The translations under genes and the position numbers were made by a program. Source: a virus (Duplodnaviria; Caudoviricetes). Taken from it: a stretch of 30,272 nt of DNA. Under the pieces are notes generated by a model. It saw nothing but the letters and a program-made list of their open reading frames with translations. It was not told the origin of the DNA and searched no databases. Below, piece after piece: positions 7,906-15,117 of this stretch. The first letter of the stretch is position 1, and the number at the start of each line of letters is the position of its first letter. The DNA lies in IMG/VR virus record IMGVR_UViG_3300017903_000429, positions 1-30,272 of that record. One strand, written 5' to 3'.

Positions 7906-8311
7906 GAAAGCTCTAAGGTCATCGCAAAAGCTAGCCGTTGACCAGCTGCATGATTTGTTTCTTGAAGCAGCTGAAACTGAGAGAAAATTACCTGGTGTAA
8001 TCAGAAAACAAAAGATGGTGCATTGGCCAGACTATGTCAAAGAATGGGCAGCATATGGTTACAATTCTCTCCAGCCACAAAGATTAAAAGCCACACCAGA
8101 ACAAATAACCAGGTTAGACTATGCAGTTACAATGGGATTATCTATGAGTGAAGCAGATCGCAGACTGATCTGGGCCGTAGCACATTCAGCTGCTTTTAGA
8201 GATCGAGGTCCTAAATGGACTCAGATAGCAAAAATCCTAGGACTGAATGATCCTAGGATTGTTAAGCGTAGGTACCAGGATTCCCTGGTCAGATTATATT
8301 ACAAGCTTTAA
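7880..8311 (+). CDS. DUF6362-like putative late-transcription regulator (Q-like position, C-terminal HTH)
   Basis: EAAETERKLP…WPDY…TPEQITRLD…RRLIW…WTQIAKILG. It is the last gene of the middle operon. Confidence 0.6.
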   Translation: MISLDEKTEKALRSSQKLAVDQLHDLFLEAAETERKLPGVIRKQKMVHWPDYVKEWAAYGYNSLQPQRLKATPEQITRLDYAVTMGLSMSEADRRLIWAVAHSAAFRDRGPKWTQIAKILGLNDPRIVKRRYQDSLVRLYYKL

Positions 8312-8775
8312 GCAGCTTCATATTCCCACTGAACCGCAGCGCCGCTAGCCATTTTTTTAGCAGCTGCATTTTTGATTGCCTGGATCAACCAGTAAGCATC
8401 AGTGTGTGTCCAGTTATCAACCTCACAACACTGATACTCAAGGCAGCAAGCCATGTTGAAAATGTCTGCATCAGTCAAGTCTGGGCAGCCATAAAATCCC
8501 ATCAAGGTCTTGAACTTTTGCAAACCATGAAAACACTCATTTGGAAACAACATCAAATGCTCAAGATACTCAGCGCTATAATGCTCATTGTTGTGGCCAT
8601 ACTTGGCATCAACACTGTTGACGTTGGCCTTGGCAAGAACATCACAAAAGTTTTTCGCAGTGTTGTTTATCTCTTGCTTAGTGTGAATGTTGTAGCAGTG
8701 CATCTTGTTGGTAGGTGCTTGAGTATAAGCAACTAATGCTGCTATGTGTTCTGGATTTACGATAAATGCGCTCAT
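8308..8775 (-). CDS. hypothetical protein (mobile-element family with N.SV..Y and CLEYQCCE motifs)
   Basis: 155 aa with SD GAAAGGAG; MSAFIV…ANVNSVDAKY…ACCLEYQCCE…W…AY. Confidence 0.7.
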   Translation of the reverse strand: MSAFIVNPEHIAALVAYTQAPTNKMHCYNIHTKQEINNTAKNFCDVLAKANVNSVDAKYGHNNEHYSAEYLEHLMLFPNECFHGLQKFKTLMGFYGCPDLTDADIFNMACCLEYQCCEVDNWTHTDAYWLIQAIKNAAAKKMASGAAVQWEYEAA

Positions 8776-8787
8776 GTTTTCTCCTTT

Positions 8788-9537
8788 CTAAGCTGCAACA
8801 TTGAACAAGGGAAGCTCGTTCAATTCCTGGTTGTTAACCTTGGCTTCTAGTCTGTCTGCAAACTGAGCTACATGGTGAACAACATTGTTTTTGTTTCTCC
8901 AGTGATTCATGGCAATATTGCAGCTATCTGCACTGTCGAAACCAATTTTGTGAAGCACGCCCAAACCTCTCATCATGTGAATCCAAGGCTTGTCGATGCC
9001 ATACTTTTTTTGCCAGTAGTCCATAAATGCCCAGGCTTGCTTGATCTTTTGCATATAAGCACTACCAGGCTTGTTCTTGGCAATGTCAACCTCGCCGCAG
9101 CTGCCGAAGCCTACGAAGTTGAAAATTCTGAATAACTTTTCTAGCTGGTTAAAACTCTCATTCATGTGCCATATGGCCATTGCTCTTTCTGGATACTTGA
9201 TTTTGCCACCTTTGATGGCATCAGCGATCAGCTGCAAATTGCTGGCTTCATCGCCGTTGATAACGTCTGGAATCACACACACTGCATTAGGACACTTGTC
9301 CATCGCATCATTGGCCCAGGCATAGAAGCCATCCCACCAGGCAGCATCAAGAGTGATGCCTTTCTTCCAGGCAGTGAAAGCTCCGTTGTCCAGGATCAAT
9401 ATCTCATTGTCACCAACAAGCTCAATGCACTCAGCAAGCTGCTCTGGGTGCATATAACTGACACAAAAGCTTTTGCCTTTGAGCTGCGGTAACAATCTTT
9501 TAGGAGTGATTGGCGTTCCGTGAACTAGCCTTTTCAT
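8788..9537 (-). CDS. TGT-fold (queuine tRNA-ribosyltransferase / DpdA-like) base-exchange enzyme
   Basis: HGTPITP, LDNGAFTAW, IPDVING, AIWH, VGFGS, IHMMRG and FDSADSCN parallel the TGT/DpdA DSGxF…PD…H…G…H.lG…SxDS series. Confidence 0.7.
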   Translation of the reverse strand: MKRLVHGTPITPKRLLPQLKGKSFCVSYMHPEQLAECIELVGDNEILILDNGAFTAWKKGITLDAAWWDGFYAWANDAMDKCPNAVCVIPDVINGDEASNLQLIADAIKGGKIKYPERAMAIWHMNESFNQLEKLFRIFNFVGFGSCGEVDIAKNKPGSAYMQKIKQAWAFMDYWQKKYGIDKPWIHMMRGLGVLHKIGFDSADSCNIAMNHWRNKNNVVHHVAQFADRLEAKVNNQELNELPLFNVAA

Positions 9538-9698
9538 TATTTAAAGTTCTTGTTGTAGTACTTCTTGATGAAAGCAACCGCTGCTTTTTTGGTAGGGAAC
9601 CAGGGATGGTCCATACCAACCATTATTTGGCCATCAGCAGCAATGACCCATTGTTTAGGGTCTTTCTTGATGACCTGGTACAAAACAAAATCGTGCAT
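9537..9698 (-). CDS. hypothetical protein, 53 aa
   Basis: Manually translated: MHDFVLYQVIKKDPKQWVIAADGQIMVGMDHPWFPTKKAAVAFIKKYYNKNFK. It has SD TAAGGAG and TAATG coupling to the TGT-like gene. Confidence 0.7.
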   Translation of the reverse strand: MHDFVLYQVIKKDPKQWVIAADGQIMVGMDHPWFPTKKAAVAFIKKYYNKNFK

Positions 9699-9707
9699 AA
9701 TTTCTCC

Positions 9708-10178
9708 TTAGTTGTTGATGTTATCGAAAAGTGGCAAGCCAAACTCTTGCCAAGTTTTATTAGGGAGCTTGATGATAAAGACTTCCTTAATAAATTTCAG
9801 TCTTCCCCAGCATCTTTGGATGTCAAACACACCTCTTTGGTCAACAACCTTGCCGTTGTAAACTATCTGGGCATGGCCAGTAGTCACAACTAAGTAGGGG
9901 ATATTAGGTTTAGCTTTGTAGTGGACAAAGCTGCTCAAAGTCATCCTGCCTGGCAAAACGTGTCTGAATTTAACGCCAGCATGATTGAACCATTTAAAAT
10001 AGTCATGGGTGTAAGTCGCACCTCTCCAAGTATTTCGCCAGCAACTATCGCCGTGGCTTTTGAACCAGGCCCATGCTTCAAGGAAAGGCTTTTGAGCAGC
10101 AATGGCACAAGCTAAAACGCCACAACAAGGACCTTTGGCTTGGTCCCAATCGTGAGCCGTCAAAGCAAATGTCGTCAT
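9708..10178 (-). CDS. putative papain-fold (Cys-His-Asp) hydrolase/peptidase
   Basis: GPCCGVLACAIAA helix with Cys, and TTGHAQIVYNGKVVD strand with His/Asp; SD GGAGGTAA. Confidence 0.55.
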   Translation of the reverse strand: MTTFALTAHDWDQAKGPCCGVLACAIAAQKPFLEAWAWFKSHGDSCWRNTWRGATYTHDYFKWFNHAGVKFRHVLPGRMTLSSFVHYKAKPNIPYLVVTTGHAQIVYNGKVVDQRGVFDIQRCWGRLKFIKEVFIIKLPNKTWQEFGLPLFDNINN

Positions 10179-10199
10179 GTTTTCTTACCTCCATTACTA

Positions 10200-10228
10200 A
10201 TATGGGGATATTGACGTTAAAAGTCAAG
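10200..10228 (-). promoter_or_regulatory. promoter of the leftward accessory cassette
   Basis: Minus strand CTTGAC(10228-10223)-N17-CCATAT. It overlaps the imperfect palindrome TTGACGTTAAAAGTCAA (10211-10227). Confidence 0.65.
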
Positions 10229-10274
10229 GGTAATGGTAAAATAAATTTAAAATAATTTTTTTAAATCAAGCTGC

Positions 10275-10303
10275 TTGACTAAATGAATCAAAAAGATTAG
10301 AGT
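10275..10303 (+). promoter_or_regulatory. late (pR'-like) promoter
   Basis: TTGACT(10275-10280)-N17-TAGAGT(10298-10303), preceded by an AT-rich UP-like tract. Confidence 0.7.
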
Positions 10304-10309
10304 TTTTGG

Positions 10310-10470
10310 TAAGCTTAGAACAGATAACGCTAAGTTATTCTTTTTCAAAGTTTACCTCCTTTCGATGGGTTGCAGTAATTTGCGAAATATATGGGAGCTG
10401 CAAACCTAGAACTATAAAAAAAGACTTGGAGAGCCTGGCAAATTTTTACCTCTTTGCCAGGCTTTTTATT
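10310..10470 (+). ncRNA. putative small regulatory RNA / terminated late leader (~160 nt)
   Basis: Bounded by a promoter and an intrinsic terminator, with three hairpins. The unpaired segment 10345-10362 is the exact complement of the RBS and start codon of gene 6443. Confidence 0.6.
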
Positions 10471-10471
10471 T
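10432..10471 (+). terminator. intrinsic terminator upstream of terS (tR'-like)
   Basis: AGCCTGGCAAA(10432-10442)-loop TTTTTACCTC-TTTGCCAGGCT(10453-10463), followed by TTTTATTT. Confidence 0.8.
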
Positions 10472-10481
10472 GGGCAAAGAG

Positions 10482-10904
10482 ATGGGCAAAGTTATTAAGA
10501 TAAGAGTTACAAAACCGCAGATGGAAAAGATTTGTGAGCGTATTGCTGAGGGTGAAAGCTTGACCAGGATATGTAATAACACAAAGAGCTTACCAAGCTG
10601 GCGAACTGTACTGAGATGGGTCCAGGAGAATGATGAAGCTCATTCGATGTATCGTAAGGCTAGAGCGTTGCAATGCGAGGTTATGAGGGATCAGATACTT
10701 GACCTGGTTAACATGGCTTTACCAGACGATCCTAAGCTGGCAATGGCAGAAGTACAAAGAAGAAGACTGCAAGCAGATCATATGGATAAGCATATTAGGC
10801 AGATGCAGCCTTTAGGTGTTAGGGATAAAGCAGAAGACAAAGCAGCTGAGAATAATGGACAAGTTACTTTGTCCTGGGCAAATGGAAACCTGGAGATTAA
10901 TTAG
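10482..10904 (+). CDS. terS: terminase small subunit (Sf6-like)
   Basis: ICERIAEGESLTRIC…LPSWRTVLRW HTH followed by oligomerisation helices; upstream of terL. ATG 10482 is preferred. Confidence 0.82.
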   Translation: MGKVIKIRVTKPQMEKICERIAEGESLTRICNNTKSLPSWRTVLRWVQENDEAHSMYRKARALQCEVMRDQILDLVNMALPDDPKLAMAEVQRRRLQADHMDKHIRQMQPLGVRDKAEDKAAENNGQVTLSWANGNLEIN

Positions 10905-11150
10905 GATCTGCGTATTTTTGTAGGCATTGTTTGGCAGTAATCTCGCACACGAGGGATTTGATTTTGAATTTTGTTTCTCGATCTTCTGTAATCGTTGCTG
11001 GATCTACAAATAGTTAGCGGTATCTAACCGATATGGCTGCTATTTTAAAAGATTAAGCCTGGTTTTTTTAGAATTTGCCTACCCCTGGTACCCCAAAGCA
11101 AGCCGCCGCTTGCTATATCTAATATATACCAGATTAGGAGTGTCTGAGAC

Positions 11151-12431
11151 ATGAACATCGAGATTCCGTATTCACCTAGACCGCTCCAGGCAAAACTGCA
11201 TAACGCCCTGGTTAAGCACCGCTGGGGAGTTGTTGTCTGTCACAGACGATTTGGCAAGACTGTGATGGCCATAAACCATTTACTTAGGGATGCTATACTA
11301 AACGACAAAAACAATCCCAGGTACGCTTATATAGCGCCTACATACCGCCAGGCAAAAGCGGTGGCATGGGATTACTTAAAACAGTTCGCTGGCAAGGTTC
11401 CTATGGTTAGGTTCCATGAAACTGAACTTAGATGTGATTTACCTAATGGTTCCAGGATCCAGCTGCTTGGTGCAGAAAATTACGATAGTCTTCGTGGTAT
11501 TTATTTAGATGGAGCTGTCCTGGATGAAATGGCTGATATGCCAGAAAGTTTATTTCCAGAAGTGTTACGGCCAGCTTTGTCGGATAGAAAAGGCTGGGCG
11601 TTCTTTATTGGAACTCCTAGAGGTCATAACGCTTTTTTTGATTTGTATGAATCTGCGGTTAACAGCGATGATTGGTTTACACAGGTTTATAAGGCCAGTG
11701 AAACTGAGATAGTTGATGAAGAGGAATTAAGAGCTGCCAAGCAGATGATGACCGAGGATCAGTATGAACAAGAATTTGAATGTTCCTGGGTTGCGAATGT
11801 ACCTGGTGCGATTTATGGAAAAGAGTTACAGGCTGCCCAGGAAAGTGGGCGCATAGGGAATGTTCCCTATGACCAGGCGCACAAAGTAGATACCTGGTGG
11901 GATCTTGGTATAGGAGATAGTACAGCAATCTGGTTTACTCAGAATGTTGGTAGGGCAATTCACGTTATAGATTTTTACGAAGCTCGCAATGAGGGATTAC
12001 CGCACTATGCGAAGATACTTACATCTAAAAGCTATCTCTATGGAAATCACAATGCGCCACACGATATTGAGGTTAGAGAACTTGGCTCTGGTAAAAGCCG
12101 CCGTGAGATCGCCTACGATTTGGGAATTAATTTTAGGGTGGTACCTAAGCTTCCAGTTGAAGATGGCATACACGCTGCGCAAATTATTTTGTCTCGTTGT
12201 TGGTTTGACCAGGTAAATTGCAAGGCTGGTCTGGAAGCTTTGCGCCAGTATCACCGAGCTTATAACGAAAGATTAAGAACATTTAGGAATAGTCCAGTAC
12301 ATGACTGGGCGAGCCATGCAGCTGATGCCTGGCGATACTTTGCGGTAGGGATAAAAGAAAACCGAGGTTTTGATAGACCGCCGCAAGCAGTAGCAGATAG
12401 TAACTATAATCCATTTGGAGTAGCAGTATAA
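11151..12431 (+). CDS. terL: terminase large subunit
   Basis: Walker A HRRFGKT, APTYRQAK, Walker B AVLDE, GTPRG, nuclease WDLG…D and HDWASHAADAWRY. Confidence 0.96.
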   Translation: MNIEIPYSPRPLQAKLHNALVKHRWGVVVCHRRFGKTVMAINHLLRDAILNDKNNPRYAYIAPTYRQAKAVAWDYLKQFAGKVPMVRFHETELRCDLPNGSRIQLLGAENYDSLRGIYLDGAVLDEMADMPESLFPEVLRPALSDRKGWAFFIGTPRGHNAFFDLYESAVNSDDWFTQVYKASETEIVDEEELRAAKQMMTEDQYEQEFECSWVANVPGAIYGKELQAAQESGRIGNVPYDQAHKVDTWWDLGIGDSTAIWFTQNVGRAIHVIDFYEARNEGLPHYAKILTSKSYLYGNHNAPHDIEVRELGSGKSRREIAYDLGINFRVVPKLPVEDGIHAAQIILSRCWFDQVNCKAGLEALRQYHRAYNERLRTFRNSPVHDWASHAADAWRYFAVGIKENRGFDRPPQAVADSNYNPFGVAV

Positions 12432-12658
12432 TGGGATTTCTTAGTCCAAAAGTGCCAGCGCCGCCGCCAGTAGAGCCGCCGCCGCCAGCACCACCTATGG
12501 ATGTTGTGCCAGATAGCGCAGTAACGTCTGTAGATGAAGTAGAGAATAAAAGAAAAAGAGCTAATCGAGTTAGCAGACAATCCACTATTTTAACTGGATC
12601 ACAAGGTTTGTTAACCGAAGCGCCTATAGAATATAAAACTTTACTGGGTAATAAGTGA
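12431..12658 (+). CDS. small Pro-rich virion protein (pre-portal, T7 gp7.3-like position)
   Basis: MGFLSPKVPAPPP…RQSTILTGSQGL…KTLLG. Confidence 0.75.
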   Translation: MGFLSPKVPAPPPVEPPPPAPPMDVVPDSAVTSVDEVENKRKRANRVSRQSTILTGSQGLLTEAPIEYKTLLGNK

Positions 12659-13299
12659 TGGCTGGTGAAACAAGCGATCCTGGTGGCCAGGATACAATAG
12701 ACCAGATGGAAGAAGAAAACGCTATAGCTGGAATGACTGATGCGGAAAGCCAAGCAGCTATGTCAGAAGCTGGTTTATCTTCTGGGTTTGGTGATTTTGC
12801 TGGTAGTACAGCTTTATCTGGTAGAGCTAATAGTTCAATCACTGGCAGCAATTTAACAGATGCTCTTGTGCCAGGCGTTGGTACTTTGTCAGTTATAAAT
12901 TCTCTTAGCGCACAACAAACTCAAGCCAGCTTGCAGCGTGGCGCTAGTCCAGTTTATGGATCAAGCGGTAATGTTGTTGGTACAATGGGATCTGGTTTAC
13001 TTGGCGGCACTGCTTATACTGGATCGCCAGAGGGTGATCCTAATCCTCCAGGTGGCGGCGATGAAAACGATGAGCAGCCAGTTAACAGAACAAGAAGCGG
13101 TAGGCCAGGAACAGCGGTAAGAGGTGTGTCTAACACAACTGCCAGAAGAATTACACCAAGGTCAGCTGTTAGAGGTGCATCACTGGAGCCAAAGCTTTAC
13201 GCCATGAGTAGTAGGGGTAGAGGAAGAGGTATAAACACTTCATCCCAAGGCATCCTGGGATCTGCGCCAGTACAAAGAAAAACTTTATTAGGAAGCTAA
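12658..13299 (+). CDS. Gly/Ser-rich low-complexity putative virion protein
   Basis: ATG overlaps the previous TGA. It ends in TSSQGILGSAPVQRKTLLGS. Confidence 0.65.
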   Translation: MAGETSDPGGQDTIDQMEEENAIAGMTDAESQAAMSEAGLSSGFGDFAGSTALSGRANSSITGSNLTDALVPGVGTLSVINSLSAQQTQASLQRGASPVYGSSGNVVGTMGSGLLGGTAYTGSPEGDPNPPGGGDENDEQPVNRTRSGRPGTAVRGVSNTTARRITPRSAVRGASLEPKLYAMSSRGRGRGINTSSQGILGSAPVQRKTLLGS

Positions 13300-13300
13300 T

Positions 13301-14899
13301 ATGTCTGAAAAACTAGCTGCTGAACTTATAAAAAGGTTTGGCTCTTTAGAAAACCAAAGGGCAACCTGGGAAACACACTGGCAAGAAGTAGCTGATTATG
13401 TTGCGCCCAGGAAAGCTGATATAAACAAAGTTAGATCACCAGGTGATAAAAGATCAGAACTTATTATGGATGGCACTGCTGGCCTAGCTGCTGAATTATT
13501 AGCTGCAAGTTTACATGGTATGCTTACAAATATGTCAACTAAATGGTTTTCGTTGCAGTATCGTAATGATGATCTTAACATGAATGACGAAGCTAGAGAG
13601 TGGCTTGGTGATGTTGAGCGTGTTATGTATGGCGCTTTTGCCAGGTCAAACTTCAATGAACAAATACACGAGCTTTACCATGATCTAATTACTTTTGGTA
13701 CTGGTGTTATATTTATTGAAGAGGATGATGAGTTTCAGCTTGGTTTTTCGACCAGGCATATTTCTGAATGTTATGTGACTGAAAATGAAAAAGGGCGTGT
13801 CGATACAGTTTATCGTAAATTTAAAATGCCGTTGCGAGCTGTAATACAAAGGTTTGGCGCAGATAAGATCTCAGCAAAAATGCTGAAGATGGCCGAAGAA
13901 AAACCATTTGAAATGATGACATTGTTACACGCCGTCTACACCAGGGATGAAAGGGATATAACTAGAGTTGATGCGAGCAACAAACCAGTCGCTTCAGTTT
14001 ATATAGATCCAGAAAGTAAAACTATTTTATCCGAGGGTGGATTTGATGAGTTTTGTTATTGTGTACCAAGATTTTTAAAAGCAAGTTTTGAAATAGGTTA
14101 TGGTCGCTCCCCTGCCATGACGGCCCTGGCTGATATTAAGATGCTTAATAAAATGTCAGAGGTGACAATTAGGGCCGCCCAAAAACAAGTCGATCCTCCA
14201 CTACTTGTTCCAGATGATGGTTTTATACTCCCCATTAGAACTGTACCAGGCGGCCTTAATTTTTATAGGTCTGGTACCAGGGATAGATTAGAGCCATTAA
14301 ATATAGGCGCAAACAATCCTATTGGTTTAAATATGGAAGACCAACGTAGAAAAGCAATCCAATCAGCTTTCTACGTTGACCAGTTAATCCTGGGCCAAGG
14401 ACCTCAAATGACGGCAACTGAGGTTGTGCAGCGTACTGAAGAAAAGATGAGGTTGTTAGGACCAGTCCTGGGAAGATTGCAAGCTGAGTTATTGCAGCCA
14501 TTAATTACCAGGAGTTATAATATTTTGGCTAGAAAAAATGCTTTTAAGCCAGCGCCAGATATTATCCAGGGCCAGGATTTTGATATTGAGTATGTATCAC
14601 CGCTAGCAAAAGCTCAAAGAGCTGGTGATGTACAAAGCTCACTACAATTTATTGAATTGATGCAGCCGCTTGCCCAGGTGGATCCTGGTGTTATTGATTA
14701 CCTGGATGCAGATAACCTGGTAAAACATTTAATTAGTGCCTTATCAGTACCAGCAAAAGCGGTTAGAGGGGATGACCAGGTAAGCGAGATCCGTGAGCAG
14801 CGGCAAGCTCAGCAAGCGCAGCAGCAACAATTAGACCAGGCGCAGCAAGTGGCTGAATCAGCTGGTGCAGCAGCGCCGTTACTAAAGGCTACACAATGA
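13301..14899 (+). CDS. portal (head-tail connector) protein, T7 gp8/BPP-1-like
   Basis: 532 aa; WETHWQE, YGRSPAM, MTATEV…EEKMRLLGP…RLQAELLQP and IEYVSPLAKAQ. Confidence 0.95.
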   Translation: MSEKLAAELIKRFGSLENQRATWETHWQEVADYVAPRKADINKVRSPGDKRSELIMDGTAGLAAELLAASLHGMLTNMSTKWFSLQYRNDDLNMNDEAREWLGDVERVMYGAFARSNFNEQIHELYHDLITFGTGVIFIEEDDEFQLGFSTRHISECYVTENEKGRVDTVYRKFKMPLRAVIQRFGADKISAKMLKMAEEKPFEMMTLLHAVYTRDERDITRVDASNKPVASVYIDPESKTILSEGGFDEFCYCVPRFLKASFEIGYGRSPAMTALADIKMLNKMSEVTIRAAQKQVDPPLLVPDDGFILPIRTVPGGLNFYRSGTRDRLEPLNIGANNPIGLNMEDQRRKAIQSAFYVDQLILGQGPQMTATEVVQRTEEKMRLLGPVLGRLQAELLQPLITRSYNILARKNAFKPAPDIIQGQDFDIEYVSPLAKAQRAGDVQSSLQFIELMQPLAQVDPGVIDYLDADNLVKHLISALSVPAKAVRGDDQVSEIREQRQAQQAQQQQLDQAQQVAESAGAAAPLLKATQ

Positions 14900-15117
14900 G
14901 TATTGAGGACCTTAGAGCAGCTTATAAGCTTACATTTAACAGTAAAGATGGTGAAATAATTTTAAAAGATCTGGAAGCTAGGTATCACATTAATGGTTCT
15001 ACCTTTTCACCAGATGCAACCGAGACAGCCTACAGAGAGGGCCAGCGTACTGTAGTGCTATTTATTAAAGCAATGCTGGCCGATCAACCAAAAAGAGAGG
15101 ACATAGTTGAGACATGA
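14896..15117 (+). CDS. Bbp19-like small phage protein
   Basis: YKLTF…GEIILKDL…TAYREGQRTVV pattern, located between portal and scaffold. Confidence 0.75.
   Translation: MSIEDLRAAYKLTFNSKDGEIILKDLEARYHINGSTFSPDATETAYREGQRTVVLFIKAMLADQPKREDIVET

Noticed and set aside
8404-10255. Several plus-strand ORFs over the accessory cassette
   Set aside because: They are antisense shadows of well-supported minus-strand genes that have SDs and recognisable motifs.
10329-10339. GCTAAGTTATT in the putative sRNA is complementary to 7672-7682 in the repeat cluster
   Set aside because: It is only 11 nt, mostly buried in the predicted 5' hairpin, and related words are common here. Chance cannot be excluded.
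11509-12216. Alternative-frame ORFs inside terL (11509-11712, 11989-12216)
   Set aside because: There is no codon-usage shift in the host frame, and the Leu/Met-rich composition is what an off-frame read of T-ending codons gives. This is unlike the nested ORFs at 25455 and 26562.
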